Assembly (NCBI GenBank): GCA_019163135.1
Contig: JAFLKR010000041.1
Span: forward strand, 6,741-70,740
Direction of reading: 5' to 3'
Length of the DNA: 64,000 nt
Source of the DNA: Desulfobulbaceae bacterium
Lineage (GTDB): Bacteria > Desulfobacterota > Desulfobulbia > Desulfobulbales > Desulfobulbaceae
The position numbers and the translations under genes were made by a program. The notes under the pieces were generated by a model that did no database searches, was not told the origin of the DNA, and was given only the letters and a program-made list of their open reading frames with translations. The stretch's first letter is position 1, and each line of letters begins with the position of its first letter. Shown one piece after another: positions 1-10,721 of this stretch.

Positions 1-127
1 CCTTGAGGAAGTCGTTGCGCCCCTGGGAAAAGTTATACTTTTCATAGCTGTCCGCCTTCTCGCGGATGCGACGACAGACCGCCTCCAAATCCGAAGGGAT
101 TGATGGGCTGGATGATTGTTCAGTCAT
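1..127 (-). CDS. Partial CDS (N-terminus only, runs off the window edge); function unknown, possibly a GAF-containing signalling protein
   Basis: ATG at 127-125 opens MTEQSSSPSIPSDLEAVCRRIREKADSYEKYNFSQGRNDFLK..., open to position 1; co-oriented downstream of pyrR. Confidence 0.55.
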   Translation of the reverse strand, partial: MTEQSSSPSIPSDLEAVCRRIREKADSYEKYNFSQGRNDFLK

Positions 128-204
128 AGACAACAGGATGGTGCAACCCGCCGCTCTTAGTCATTGAAAGTTCCTCCCCCAAATATTACCGGCGAATCCC
201 GAAA

Positions 205-738
205 TCATCGCGTCGAGAGAACCACCTCGTCGCGGTTCTCTTTTTCATCAAGGAGCACATCGACCCGTTCATTAGGGGCCACGCCGACTACCATGCCGAT
301 ATAATCGGGTTGAATCGGCAGTTCCCGACCGCCGCGATCGATCAGCACCGCCAGCTGGATCGACAGAGGGCGGCCATAATCCATGATCGCATCCATGGCG
401 GCTCGAATGGTTCGTCCGGTAAAAATCACATCATCCACCAGCACGACCCGCTTATCTTCCAGCAGGAAACCGATGTCCGATTTTTTGACGATCGGATTCT
501 GGGAGATCAGGCTCCAGTCGTCACGGTACAGCGTAATGTCCAGATTTCCCGCCGGCAGGATAATGCCTTCCCGCTCTTCGATCTTCTGTTTGATCCGTTG
601 GGCCAAAAAAACGCCGCCGGTATGAATGCCGACGATCGAAATATCGGACACCCCGTGGTTTCGCTCGACAATTTCGAGACTGATGCGATCCAGACTGCGG
701 TCAATATCCCTGCCGATCATAATGGTTCGTGCTGTCAT
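205..738 (-). CDS. pyrR: Bifunctional pyrimidine regulatory protein / uracil phosphoribosyltransferase PyrR
   Basis: Motifs LDITLYRDD, VVLVDDVIFTGRTIRAAMDA (PRPP-binding loop), DRGGRELPIQPDYIG. Confidence 0.95.
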   Translation of the reverse strand: MTARTIMIGRDIDRSLDRISLEIVERNHGVSDISIVGIHTGGVFLAQRIKQKIEEREGIILPAGNLDITLYRDDWSLISQNPIVKKSDIGFLLEDKRVVLVDDVIFTGRTIRAAMDAIMDYGRPLSIQLAVLIDRGGRELPIQPDYIGMVVGVAPNERVDVLLDEKENRDEVVLSTR

Positions 739-1316
739 GGTTTCACCCTGTTCCAGAAATATTCGACGCCCTTCTCATCCACCAGATTGATGGCCTCCGG
801 AAAGGCCTCGCATTCCACCGCGAAAACTCGGGTGGCGATCTCGTCCGGGGTGTCGCTGTCCATCAGCGCCACGCACCGCTGCAACACGATCGGCCCCTCA
901 TCGTACGACTCATTGGCAAAATGGACCGTACAGCCACTCACCGTACAACCCCTGGCCTTGACCGCCTCATGGACGTGATGACCATAGTAGCCTGCACCGC
1001 AAAACGATGGAATCAGAGCGGGATGGATATTGAGAACCGCCTGCCGCAACTTCTCGGGCGGACGATACAATTTGAGATAACCGGCTAGGGTAATAAGATC
1101 GACCTCGTAATCGGCCAGGATTCGGTTGATTTCCTCATCGCTCTTCGCATGAAAAGCGGGATAGCCATACCGTTTCGCCTTCGAAAGCCCGAGGGCATCG
1201 GCAACGTTGGACAGCACTACCTGGATTTCGGCCCGTAAACTACCGGCCGTGATCCGTTCGTGGAAATTATCCAACGTTCTGCCGCTGCCGGAGAGCAGCA
1301 CCGCCAGTTTACGCAT
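735..1316 (-). CDS. purN: Phosphoribosylglycinamide formyltransferase
   Basis: [49 protein letters not shown]; start at ATG 1316 overlapping the upstream stop. Confidence 0.95.
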   Translation of the reverse strand: MRKLAVLLSGSGRTLDNFHERITAGSLRAEIQVVLSNVADALGLSKAKRYGYPAFHAKSDEEINRILADYEVDLITLAGYLKLYRPPEKLRQAVLNIHPALIPSFCGAGYYGHHVHEAVKARGCTVSGCTVHFANESYDEGPIVLQRCVALMDSDTPDEIATRVFAVECEAFPEAINLVDEKGVEYFWNRVKP

Positions 1317-1941
1317 GATCGTCGGTCCCGGCGAAATACGAATTGGTTGCCGGATCGACCGTTCGCAGCCACTGGGCAATGGCGGTATCGTAGGCAGAGG
1401 TCAGCTCGAAGACCTTACGGGCCAGCCGAAACCGGGTGGCCAGGTTGGTGTTGCCCTGGGCGCGCAATTCAGCCAGCACCTGTGGGTAATCAACCGGATC
1501 GACGATGACCGTCACATCCTGAAAATTCTTAGCGGCCGCGCGCAGGAGGGTCGGTCCGCCGATATCGATATTTTCAATGGCATCGGCCAAGGTGCAGTCG
1601 GGGACCGCCACCGTTTTGCCAAAGGCATAGAGGTTGACGGCAACGATGTCGATTGGTTTAATGCCGTGCGCTTGGCATTGCCGGCTGTGGGCAGCATTAT
1701 CGCGCTGATTGAGGATGCCGCCATGGACCAGGGGATGCAGGGTTTTCACCCGACCGTCGAGCATCTCGGGGAATCCAGTGAAATCGGAAACGTCCGTAAC
1801 GGCAATCCCGCTGTCCCGCAATTTCTGGGCTGTGCCGCCGGTCGAAAGGATTTCGATCCCCATGGCGACCAGCGCCTCGGCAAAATCCGCACACCCTGAT
1901 TTATTGGTCAGGCTGATCAGCGCCCGTTCCACTTGTCTCAT
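1309..1941 (-). CDS. purH: IMP cyclohydrolase (N-terminal MGS-like half of PurH only; no AICAR transformylase domain)
   Basis: [47 protein letters not shown]; ends cleanly after ~210 aa, overlapping purN start. Confidence 0.9.
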   Translation of the reverse strand: MRQVERALISLTNKSGCADFAEALVAMGIEILSTGGTAQKLRDSGIAVTDVSDFTGFPEMLDGRVKTLHPLVHGGILNQRDNAAHSRQCQAHGIKPIDIVAVNLYAFGKTVAVPDCTLADAIENIDIGGPTLLRAAAKNFQDVTVIVDPVDYPQVLAELRAQGNTNLATRFRLARKVFELTSAYDTAIAQWLRTVDPATNSYFAGTDDHA

Positions 1942-1958
1942 GCTCTCTCCTTGCAAAC

Positions 1959-2360
1959 CTACTCTTTTTTCAAAAATTGACGAATTTTCCGCCTTTCATG
2001 TTTATCCGGCCGGTGTTCAGACCGATTGCCCTGCAGGTTCATGGCTTTCCGCTCGGCCTGCGCCTGTTCCCTTTTGGTCAATGATGCTTCGGTTTCTTCA
2101 AAGAGGGTGCGGGCAACCATTGCCGCTCCGCGCTGCTCACTTACCTCCAGAATCCGGACCGTGAACTCAAGCACGCCCACTCGAATCACCAACAGATCAC
2201 CGGGCTGTACGTTCCTGGCCGGTTTAATTTTGTGGCCGTTAAGCGCAACATGGCCGCCACTTACCGCTTTGGCAGCCAGCGACCTGGTCTTGAAAAAACG
2301 GGCCGCCCACAACCATTTATCGATCCGGACAGTATCCATGCTAGGTGCATCCTGGCTCAT
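1959..2360 (-). CDS. hslR: Ribosome-associated heat shock protein Hsp15 (S4 RNA-binding domain)
   Basis: [29 protein letters not shown]. Confidence 0.92.
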   Translation of the reverse strand: MSQDAPSMDTVRIDKWLWAARFFKTRSLAAKAVSGGHVALNGHKIKPARNVQPGDLLVIRVGVLEFTVRILEVSEQRGAAMVARTLFEETEASLTKREQAQAERKAMNLQGNRSEHRPDKHERRKIRQFLKKE

Positions 2361-2478
2361 TTATGCCCTTTAAAATACCACAGTTTGCCGGATCGATCAA
2401 ACAAAGAAGCGTCACGCTCCAGGTCGTCTTGCAGCACAAAGTCTCAGGGGTTCATCCAGCCCCGGCGGCCGATGGAGG

Positions 2479-3294
2479 TTGCCGAGACCCAAAAAATCGG
2501 GTAAGGGGCAGTATCTCTTCTTTACGGGTATGGAAATCATGTCGTTACAGGCCGTTGGCATCAACAATTTTACCTGCCCCGTCCGCATTTGCGAAAAAGG
2601 CGGCGGTGTACAGCAAACCGTAGCCACGGTCAACCTGCGGGCGCACATGCCCCAGGACCGGCTGGAATCCTGCGTCAACGTGATGACCGCCCTGCTGGCC
2701 CAGTACCTGCCCGACATCCACGCCGGTCTCTTCCCCACCCTGCTGACCGGGGTCCGTGAACAGTTACAGGCCAGCGAGGCCTGGCTGGAAATGACCTTTC
2801 CCTATTTCATCGCCAAAAAGGCGCCGGTTTCCGGCACGGTCAGCCTCATGGAATACCAGTGCGCCTTCACCGCCTCTTCTGAAACCAGCGGGGAACCCAT
2901 CCTCACGGTAGTAGTCCCGGTAACCACGCTGTGCCCCTGCTCAAAGGAGATCAGCGAGGCTGGCGCCCATAACCAGCGGGCAGAGGTCACTTTGACCATC
3001 CACCCCACCACCCTCATCTGGTTGGAAGACCTGATCACCATGGTGGAAGGCTGCGGTTCCTCTGAGGTCTATGCCCTGCTCAAACGTCCCGATGAAAAGT
3101 ATGTGACCGAAAAGGCCTATGCCCATCCAATGTTTGTCGAGGACGTCGCCCGCAAGGTCGCGCAAGAGGCTCTCAAACATCCCGACATCGCCTGGTTTTC
3201 GGTAGGGGTCGAGAGTTTTGAATCTATCCACAAACACAGCGCCTACGCCTTTGTCGACAGCTGCGATCTGGAGTCGAACCCGCTCGCGCCGTGA
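2479..3294 (+). CDS. folE2: GTP cyclohydrolase I type 2 (FolE2 family); true start probably ATG 2530 or 2539
   Basis: VPVTTLCPCSKEIS, GAHNQR, LLKRPDEKYVTE.AY.HPMFVED, ESIHKHSAYA. Confidence 0.9.
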   Translation: MPRPKKSGKGQYLFFTGMEIMSLQAVGINNFTCPVRICEKGGGVQQTVATVNLRAHMPQDRLESCVNVMTALLAQYLPDIHAGLFPTLLTGVREQLQASEAWLEMTFPYFIAKKAPVSGTVSLMEYQCAFTASSETSGEPILTVVVPVTTLCPCSKEISEAGAHNQRAEVTLTIHPTTLIWLEDLITMVEGCGSSEVYALLKRPDEKYVTEKAYAHPMFVEDVARKVAQEALKHPDIAWFSVGVESFESIHKHSAYAFVDSCDLESNPLAP

Positions 3295-3314
3295 CCTGCA
3301 CAGCCCGGTTGCGG

Positions 3315-4775
3315 TTACCGTTGGCCTAGACCGCCCAGGCAGAGATACTTCATCTCCAGATACTCCTCGATACCGTACTTCGAGCCCTCCCGACCGATCC
3401 CCGATTCCTTGATCCCGCCAAACGGTGCCGCCTCGGACGACATCCTGCCGGTATTGATCCCGACCATCCCGTATTCTAGCGCCTCAGCGGTCCGCCAGAT
3501 CCGGCCGATATCCCGGCTATAGAAATAGGAGGCTAGCCCAAAGGGCGTGTTGTTGGCGAGGGCCACAGCCTCGCAATCTTCCTTGAACGAAAAAAGCGGC
3601 GCCACCGGGCCGAAGGTTTCGTCTTGGGCTATCAGCATCTCGCTGTTCGCACCAAGGAGAACAGTGGGCTCAAAAAAGAAACCGGTCGTCCCCAGGCGGT
3701 TTCCACCGCAGGCAATGCGAGCACCCTTGGCAACGGCATCGCGGACTTGCTCCTCGACTTTACAAATGGCGTTGAGGTCGATCAGCGGCCCTTGCTGCAC
3801 GCCTTCCTGGAATCCGTTGCCGACCTTAAGTTGCTGCACCGCGGCCACCAGTTTGGCGGCAAAACGATCATAGACGCCTTCCTGGACGATGAATCGGTTG
3901 GCGCAAACGCAGGTCTGCCCGGAATTTCGGTACTTGGATGCAATCGCGCCTCGAACCGCCTCGTCGAGGTCCGCATCGTCGAAAACGATAAAGGGGGCGT
4001 GTCCCCCGAGTTCCAGCGAGACCTTTTTCACCGTAGCCGCACAATCACGCATCAGAATCTTGCCGACAGCGGTTGAACCGGTAAAACTAAGCTTACGGAC
4101 CAGGGGATTGGCGGTCATTTCCGCACCGATCTCCACCGCCGGACCGGTCACCACGTTAAAAACACCTGGGGGAATACCGGCCTGATCGGCGAGCCAAGCC
4201 AGGGCCAAGGCAGAAAAAGGTGTCTGGCTGGCCGGCTTGACCACCACCGGGCAACCGGCCGCCAACGCCGGCGCTGCCTTGCGGGTGATCATGGCCGAAG
4301 GGAAGTTCCACGGGGTAATAGCGGCACAAACCCCGACCGGCTCCTTAAGCACAATGATCCGCTTGCCCTGCTGCCCCATAGGGATAGTATCGCCATACAC
4401 CCGCTTAGCCTCTTCGGCAAACCATTCGATGTACCCGGCGCCATAGAGGATCTCCTCTCTGGCCTCGGCCAAAGGCTTACCCTGCTCCGCCGTCATGATG
4501 ACGGCCAAGTCATCCTTGTGGGCAACCAGCAGTTCGTACCACCTTCGCAGCAGACGAGCCCGTTCCTTGGCGGTTAAACCACGCCATGCCGGCCAGGCCG
4601 CATGGGCGGCGGTGATGACCGCAGCGATTTCTTCCCGACCAAGGGCGGGAACCGAGCCGATCTGATCACCGCTAGCGGGATCACAAACCGTTATCCGGTT
4701 ACCGTTCGCACTTTCAAACCACTTGCCGTCCGCATAGCACTGGGAGCGCAACAGCTCTTGATTAGATATTTTCAT
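3315..4775 (-). CDS. gabD: NAD(P)-dependent succinate-semialdehyde dehydrogenase
   Basis: [30 protein letters not shown] (catalytic Cys), [19 protein letters not shown]. Confidence 0.9.
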   Translation of the reverse strand: MKISNQELLRSQCYADGKWFESANGNRITVCDPASGDQIGSVPALGREEIAAVITAAHAAWPAWRGLTAKERARLLRRWYELLVAHKDDLAVIMTAEQGKPLAEAREEILYGAGYIEWFAEEAKRVYGDTIPMGQQGKRIIVLKEPVGVCAAITPWNFPSAMITRKAAPALAAGCPVVVKPASQTPFSALALAWLADQAGIPPGVFNVVTGPAVEIGAEMTANPLVRKLSFTGSTAVGKILMRDCAATVKKVSLELGGHAPFIVFDDADLDEAVRGAIASKYRNSGQTCVCANRFIVQEGVYDRFAAKLVAAVQQLKVGNGFQEGVQQGPLIDLNAICKVEEQVRDAVAKGARIACGGNRLGTTGFFFEPTVLLGANSEMLIAQDETFGPVAPLFSFKEDCEAVALANNTPFGLASYFYSRDIGRIWRTAEALEYGMVGINTGRMSSEAAPFGGIKESGIGREGSKYGIEEYLEMKYLCLGGLGQR

Positions 4776-4967
4776 TGCCTTCTCGTCACAAGCTCGCCAA
4801 ATAAGAAACAGGGCGCTCGCCACAAAAGAGGCCTGTGCTGCCTGCTGGTTCGATATTTAATTTTATGAATATTTCCACGTATGGTAACATACAGAAAATG
4901 AATTTATTGTACACTGGAACTCCTGCTTTTTTTCTGATAAAATCGCACGATCACAAACCGGGCCTTC

Positions 4968-5417
4968 ATGAGCGTTGAATACCGCCGATCCAAACGCATT
5001 ATTGACTACATCCCCCTGGAGGTTTACGCGGTGCAGGGCAAAGACAGACAACCCATTGCCGGCCCTTTTTCCGGAAGGATTATCGATATCTCCACCCACG
5101 GGGCCTGCCTGCTCATGACCCAGGTCTTTTATAACGGCTTTCATATCTTCCATTCCACCCGCGACACCAGCGACTCCTTACTGCAACTCACCATCAATCA
5201 ACCGCCTGACCTCAACGATTGCCAGCTCACCGCCGTTCCTGTCTGGCTGGATCTTTTTCGTCAGCAGGAGATCAGGGCATTCAAAATGGGCATCGATTTT
5301 ACGGAAAGTCCAGAGGCACAACAGATGAAGGACCTGCAGAAAGCGCTTCAAGAAAACCAGGAGACCCGTGCCGGTTGGTGGTTGGCACATTGCAAAATCT
5401 GGGACAGGAAGCGCTGA
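4968..5417 (+). CDS. Stand-alone PilZ domain protein (c-di-GMP receptor)
   Basis: RxxxR (RRSKR) and DxSxxG (DISTHG) motifs. Confidence 0.8.
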   Translation: MSVEYRRSKRIIDYIPLEVYAVQGKDRQPIAGPFSGRIIDISTHGACLLMTQVFYNGFHIFHSTRDTSDSLLQLTINQPPDLNDCQLTAVPVWLDLFRQQEIRAFKMGIDFTESPEAQQMKDLQKALQENQETRAGWWLAHCKIWDRKR

Positions 5418-5449
5418 CCACTGTCTCAACGGCTCCCTAGAGCTTCCCG

Positions 5450-7009
5450 CTACGCCGAAGGCTGCTGAGGCTTTTCGCCATTAATACAGAAAACCTGAAT
5501 CTTTTTCTCTACCCCCCGCAGTTGCATCTCGCCCATTTCCTTGATCGCAAACCAGCCGTCGATATCTTGCCGCACCACATCGGTAATGTAAATCCGGCAC
5601 GATGAACTCTCCGCCGCCAAACGTTGGGCGATATTGACCTCATTACCGATCACGGTATAATCCAGCCGCCGGGCCGAACCGATGTTGCCCAAAAATACCG
5701 TGCCGCAGGTTACGGCGATCCCCAGATCGACGCCTTGGAACTCCTCGTATCGAGTGCTCCATTGATCCCGCAAGGCGGTAAACTTTCTCTTGATAGCCCA
5801 CGCGGTTTGCACAGCGGCCAGGTTGGGTCGCTCCAGTTTGACGGGTGCTCCGAAAACCGCCAGGACCGCATCCCCCATGAACTTGTCGACCGTTCCCCTG
5901 TGCTGAAAAACCTCCTCGGTGAAAAACTGAAAAAATTCATTGAGGAACGCCCGGAGCGCCTGGAGATCAAGGTGCTGGACCAGACGCGTAAAATTTCGGA
6001 TATCGGCAAACAGAACAGTTACGTCCTTAATTTCCCCTAGTTCCATAAGGTCGGCATGCTGTGCCAGCAGCAACTCGGCGACTTCGGGCGCCACATATTG
6101 CTCAAACATCGTCCGCATCCGGGTGGTAGACGCCAGTTGATGCAGAGAACGCACATTCTCAAGGGCGGTCGCTGCTTGACTGCAGATAATGCTGAGCATC
6201 TCGTTGTCGGCATCGGAAAAGCGTTCATCGGTCTCTTTCTGACTGACATTGAGGACGCCGAGGATCAATTTCCTGATTTTCAAGGGAAAGCTGATGGCGG
6301 AAACGATATCCGGCTGCTGCAGCAAGGGCGAGAAAATCGAGTCTTCCTGATCTTCCTTGTTGAGGATGACCGGTTTGCCTTGCTGAAAGACCCAACCGGC
6401 AATCTTATCGCCGGGCTGCAGCCGGATCGATTGCACCAGAGCGGGATCCATGCCGCGGGCCGCGGCAATATGAAGGCAACCGTCTCGATCGTCATACAGC
6501 ATCACCGACGTACGGCCAGCACCGGTTTGCCGGTCCACCGCATCGAGCAATCGTTCTAAGATTTCTTCTTCGGTCGAAGCTGCCAGAAATTGCTCGCCCA
6601 GGCTGTACAAAGGTATGAGCGTCCGTAACCGGGTGTTTTCCTGTTGCAGCCGATAGCGCTCCAGCGCCTGATTAACCACCCGGGTGAGATAGGCTGGATT
6701 GAACGGCAATTCCACCAGACCGGAAAAACCAGCTTCCAGCGCACCATGGAGCAGACCATTATTGGTGGAGGCGGACAGTAGGACACCGGCGAGTCCGGGC
6801 TGCACCGCTCCAAGTTCGGCAAATGCTTGACTACCCTCAAAAATGGGAGAATCATCCACAATCAGAGCGAGACAGACGCGCTGGTTTTGACAGCAGAGGA
6901 CCGCCTCTGCCATGGCCCGGCAATGAATCACCTCCAACCGTGACAGGGCCGAGATAATGGCGGTAGCCTGAATAGCATCAGCGGTAAGCAGTAAAACAGA
7001 AGATTTCAT
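5450..7009 (-). CDS. Class III adenylate cyclase: degenerate receiver-like domain + GAF + cyclase
   Basis: VLFADIRNFT, VDKFMGDAV, DYTVIGNEVNIAQRL; central GAF-type segment (SVMLYD..GIAGWV-like IAGWVFQQGKP, FPLKIRKLILGVLNV). Confidence 0.85.
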   Translation of the reverse strand: MKSSVLLLTADAIQATAIISALSRLEVIHCRAMAEAVLCCQNQRVCLALIVDDSPIFEGSQAFAELGAVQPGLAGVLLSASTNNGLLHGALEAGFSGLVELPFNPAYLTRVVNQALERYRLQQENTRLRTLIPLYSLGEQFLAASTEEEILERLLDAVDRQTGAGRTSVMLYDDRDGCLHIAAARGMDPALVQSIRLQPGDKIAGWVFQQGKPVILNKEDQEDSIFSPLLQQPDIVSAISFPLKIRKLILGVLNVSQKETDERFSDADNEMLSIICSQAATALENVRSLHQLASTTRMRTMFEQYVAPEVAELLLAQHADLMELGEIKDVTVLFADIRNFTRLVQHLDLQALRAFLNEFFQFFTEEVFQHRGTVDKFMGDAVLAVFGAPVKLERPNLAAVQTAWAIKRKFTALRDQWSTRYEEFQGVDLGIAVTCGTVFLGNIGSARRLDYTVIGNEVNIAQRLAAESSSCRIYITDVVRQDIDGWFAIKEMGEMQLRGVEKKIQVFCINGEKPQQPSA

Positions 7010-7152
7010 TGCGACTCTCGTGCAGGGAATACCGTATTTTTCTTTTTGCATGGTACCATCATGCAACTGGCAAGGCAAGAAATAGGCACAAGGCCCGTCC
7101 GGAACGATCGCACTCGACTATCCATTTCCCTTCGCATCGGGTATAATCGCCT

Positions 7153-8511
7153 ATGCCTGCAAACAAATCACAACACAGTCCGCTCGCCGAACGGATGCGT
7201 CCAACTCGGCTCGAGCATTTCGTCGGCCAGGAGCACTTGATTGGTCCGGGGAAATTCCTCTCGCAACTGATCGAAAGCAGCAGAATTCCATCCTTGTTGC
7301 TCTGGGGTCCGCCCGGTTCGGGCAAGACCACCTTGGCGACCATCCTCGCCCATGCGACCTCCGCCAATTTCGTCTTTTTCTCGGCGGTGCTCTCCGGGGT
7401 CAAAGAAATCAGACAGATTGTCGACCAGGCCAGGGATCTCCAACAACAAAGCGGGACCCCAACCATCCTCTTTGTCGATGAAATTCACCGCTTCAATAAG
7501 AGCCAACAAGATGCCTTTCTTCCCCATGTGGAGAACGGGTTGTTAACCTTGATCGGGGCCACCACTGAAAATCCGTCGTTTCAGATCACCGCACCCCTGC
7601 TTTCCCGTTGCCAGGTTCTGCTGCTGCTACCCTTGCAGCAGGAGGCCCTCAAAAAGGTAATCTGGCGGGCCCTGGCCGATAGCGACTCCGGGTTGGGTGC
7701 ACTTGCACTGACCCTCGACGAGCAGGCCTTGGCTCTCCTGGCGGAGGCAGCGGACGGTGATTGCCGCAGGGCTCTCAATCTCCTGGAAACTGCGGCCTCC
7801 CTGACCCTGGAGGCACTGCGACGGACCCCCCAGGCTGAGGGCAAACGGGTCATCACCACCGCCTGTGTGCAGGAAACCCTGCAGCAACGCACCCTACGAT
7901 ACGACGCCAAGGGCGAGGAACATTACAACCTGATCTCAGCCCTGCACAAGAGCTTGCGCGACAGCGATCCGGACGGTGCGGTCTATTGGCTGGGGAGAAT
8001 GCTGGTCGCCGGTGAGGATCCATTGTACCTAGCCCGGCGAATGATCCGTTTTGCCACGGAAGATATCGGCAATGCCGATCCCCAGGCCCTTCAGGTCACC
8101 CTCAATTGCCGAGAGGCCTTTCATATGCTGGGATCGCCGGAAGGAGACCTGGCACTGATGCAGGCTGCCATCTATCTGGCCACGGCGCCGAAAAGCAATG
8201 CCGTTTATACTTGCGCGCACAAGGTCCGGGAGGACATCAACCGCACAGGTTCCCTGCCCGTCCCCCTCCATTTGCGCAACGCCCCGACCGCACTGATGAA
8301 AGATTTTGGTTATGGCCACGGCTATCAGTACGCCCACGACGACCGCGACGGTCTGGTCCGCCAAGAGCATCTTCCGGCCGAACTAGCAGGCCGCACTTAT
8401 TATGAACCGACCAATCGCGGCTTTGAGGCCGTGATCAAAGACAGACTCACAAAATGGAAACTGATCCTCAAACAACGAGCCCAACAACATGAACAACAAA
8501 CCAAAAAATAA
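7153..8511 (+). CDS. rarA: Replication-associated recombination protein A (RarA/MgsA)
   Basis: [63 protein letters not shown]. Confidence 0.96.
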   Translation: MPANKSQHSPLAERMRPTRLEHFVGQEHLIGPGKFLSQLIESSRIPSLLLWGPPGSGKTTLATILAHATSANFVFFSAVLSGVKEIRQIVDQARDLQQQSGTPTILFVDEIHRFNKSQQDAFLPHVENGLLTLIGATTENPSFQITAPLLSRCQVLLLLPLQQEALKKVIWRALADSDSGLGALALTLDEQALALLAEAADGDCRRALNLLETAASLTLEALRRTPQAEGKRVITTACVQETLQQRTLRYDAKGEEHYNLISALHKSLRDSDPDGAVYWLGRMLVAGEDPLYLARRMIRFATEDIGNADPQALQVTLNCREAFHMLGSPEGDLALMQAAIYLATAPKSNAVYTCAHKVREDINRTGSLPVPLHLRNAPTALMKDFGYGHGYQYAHDDRDGLVRQEHLPAELAGRTYYEPTNRGFEAVIKDRLTKWKLILKQRAQQHEQQTKK

Positions 8512-9499
8512 GCGCCTGCTACCATTCTTGATCCTGCTTGCCTTGCCCATCCTTGCGACCTTTTCCGCCAAGGCCACCGAGGCCGCCGCATTGCGACTGA
8601 TCTATGCCAACGACAACTTGGGCGAGCTCGATGGTTGCGGCTGAGGCCTCAACAAATTGGGCGGTCTGTCCAAAAAAGCATTCTTGATCAAGGGATTGGT
8701 CGCCGAACCCGGCAAATCGTCGTTGGTGATCAACGGCGGCAACCTCCTTTTTAAAGCGGATACGCTCGAACCGAGCACCGTTGAGGCTGCAAAAATCACA
8801 GCGGACACCATCATGCAGGCCACCCTCAAGATGGCCGGGACCATCGCCGGGGTCGGCACTACCGATCTGGCAGCAGGCATCAAATTTCTCCAACAATATC
8901 AAAAGCCGCTCGCCTTTACCTGGCTCTCCCTCAACATAGTCGATCCCGCCACCCGCAAACCCCTGTTCACGCCGGTAGTGCGGCAGGAGGTGGGCGGGTT
9001 GAAGATCGCGGTACTCGCCGTCACCGACCATGAGGCCTTACAAAACAAGACCGGTGATTTTCAGGTGGCACCTTGGCGGGAAACCTTGCATTCGGCCTTG
9101 GAAGGGCTCAGAGCGCAAGTCGATTTCATCCTGCTCCTGTCCAATTACGGGTTAGCTGAAAATCAAGATATCGCCAGAACCTGCACGGACATCGACCTCA
9201 TCCTCCAAGCCGGACATGCGGTCGGCAACATGAGCCCCCTCCTGATCAACCAGACCCTTATCGCCCAGGCAGAAACACGGGGGAAATATCTCGGAGTTCT
9301 GGATATCGATTGGAATGGACATGGACGTTGGGATGAGGCAAGTGCCCCCCAGTCACAGGCCAAAAACGGGCTAGCCTCCACCTACGCCAATCGCTTCATC
9401 GCCCTCAAGTTATCGATGACCAATGATCCCGAGGTTGAGGCGCTGGTCCATATGACCCAGCAACGGATCGAAAAACTACAGAAAGGCCTGCCGCAGTAA
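8489..9499 (+). CDS. Exported UshA-like (5'-nucleotidase N-terminal fold) selenoprotein; in-frame TGA at 8642-8644 read as Sec (codon 52)
   Basis: ATG 8489 gives a signal peptide then YANDNLGELDGCG-TGA-GLNKLGGLSKKA, in frame with the 8657..9499 ORF; SECIS-like hairpin follows the TGA. Confidence 0.88.
8657..8673 (+). promoter_or_regulatory. Putative bacterial SECIS element
   Basis: TTGGGC-GGTCT-GTCCAA: 6-bp stem (one G-U), G-initiated apical loop starting at the 19th nt after UGA, matching the general bacterial SECIS model. Confidence 0.7.
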
Positions 9500-9520
9500 T
9501 TATCAGCGGCCCCAAAAATC

Positions 9521-9552
9521 AAAAAAAAAGGCCGCCCGAAGGCGGCCTTTTT
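9521..9552. terminator. Bidirectional intrinsic terminator between the UshA-like gene and ppaC
   Basis: AAAAAGGCCGCC-CGAA-GGCGGCCTTTTT with A/T tracts on both sides, between convergent genes. Confidence 0.9.
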
Positions 9553-9569
9553 CATATGCAAAGGTACTA

Positions 9570-10490
9570 TCAGCAGCCGAAAGCTTTCTGCAGATTAGGA
9601 ATGGTTTGTTTTTTGCGGCTCATCATGCCGTCGATCCACATGGAGTTGTTGGTGAGCTTGCCACCAAAAGCAGCTTCAATCATGGCAGGATCATCGGAAA
9701 TAACCATCAGGTCGGTTCCTTCTTTGACAACATCGGTGAGCATCAGCAGCACGGAATGACGCTCGCTGCCCTTCTGCTCTTTCATGGCGTTATACAGAGC
9801 ATCGCGCATATCGGCAACCTGCTCGAGGGTGGCAAGCTCAAGCTGGCCAACGCCGACTTTTTTGCCTTTCATGTCGAAATCTTTGTAATCCCGGTGCAGC
9901 AGATCCATGGGAGGAACGCCGGCAACCGCACTCTTGGCCTTCAACATTTCCATGAAGATCTCATCGGTATTGGTAACACCGGCGATGGCGGCCAACTCTT
10001 TCACTGCTTTTTTATCGGCAGGAGTACAGGTGGGGGACTTGAAATTAACGGTATCGCTGAGGATTGCGGAAAGCATCAAACCGGCAACCTTGGGGGCGAC
10101 TGCCACGCCGTCCAGATCGTACATAATTTTAAGAACGGTACAGGTGCAGCCAACCGGTTGATTGAAGTAATAAATCGGTTGATTGGTGGTAACATCACCG
10201 ATTTTATGGTGATCAACGATAGCCACAACATCGTTGGAACCGAGATTGTCCGGAGCCTGCGCCAGGTCGCTATGATCAACCAGCGCAACTTTCTTGCCAG
10301 CAGCGTCGGTCATGATCTCAGGGGCGGCAAAACCAAAACGTTTGAGAACAGTCTCTGTTTCGGGATTCAGTTTTCCCTGCATAACGGGGATATAATCTTC
10401 CCCTTTGGCTTTCATCAATTCAGCAAAAGCAATTGCTGCGGTTACTGAATCGGTATCCGGACTTTTGTGACCAAAAACATAAACTGACAT
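9570..10490 (-). CDS. ppaC: Manganese-dependent inorganic pyrophosphatase (family II)
   Basis: GHKSPDTDS, LVDHS, IVDHH (DHH), PVGCTCT, ILSDT, SRKKQ. Confidence 0.95.
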   Translation of the reverse strand: MSVYVFGHKSPDTDSVTAAIAFAELMKAKGEDYIPVMQGKLNPETETVLKRFGFAAPEIMTDAAGKKVALVDHSDLAQAPDNLGSNDVVAIVDHHKIGDVTTNQPIYYFNQPVGCTCTVLKIMYDLDGVAVAPKVAGLMLSAILSDTVNFKSPTCTPADKKAVKELAAIAGVTNTDEIFMEMLKAKSAVAGVPPMDLLHRDYKDFDMKGKKVGVGQLELATLEQVADMRDALYNAMKEQKGSERHSVLLMLTDVVKEGTDLMVISDDPAMIEAAFGGKLTNNSMWIDGMMSRKKQTIPNLQKAFGC

Positions 10491-10591
10491 AGCGTAATAC
10501 CTCCCAAAACTTGATAAATGACACATCAAATATGTGCGCTTCTCTTCTATCCCAGGCCTGACGTCGACCAGAAACAATAAAATTGAAGGAC

Positions 10592-10618
10592 ATTATAACG
10601 TTCATTTATAAGCGTCAA
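10592..10618 (-). promoter_or_regulatory. Putative sigma70 promoter of ppaC
   Basis: Minus strand TTGACG-N15-TATAAT; spacer is shorter than optimal. Confidence 0.45.
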
Positions 10619-10721
10619 GCAGAAAAAGGCAAAAGCCTTCGGGAGCGCAGATTCTTCATCAAAAAACAAAGGGATCGACACTGTCGATCCCTTTGGTAAA
10701 TCCTTATTATGGGCCCCTGGA

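Noticed and set aside
9570-9580. ppaC ends in Gly-Cys-TGA, resembling a C-terminal GCU selenoprotein motif
   Set aside because: The TGA is followed immediately by TAG and then the terminator; no SECIS-like hairpin.
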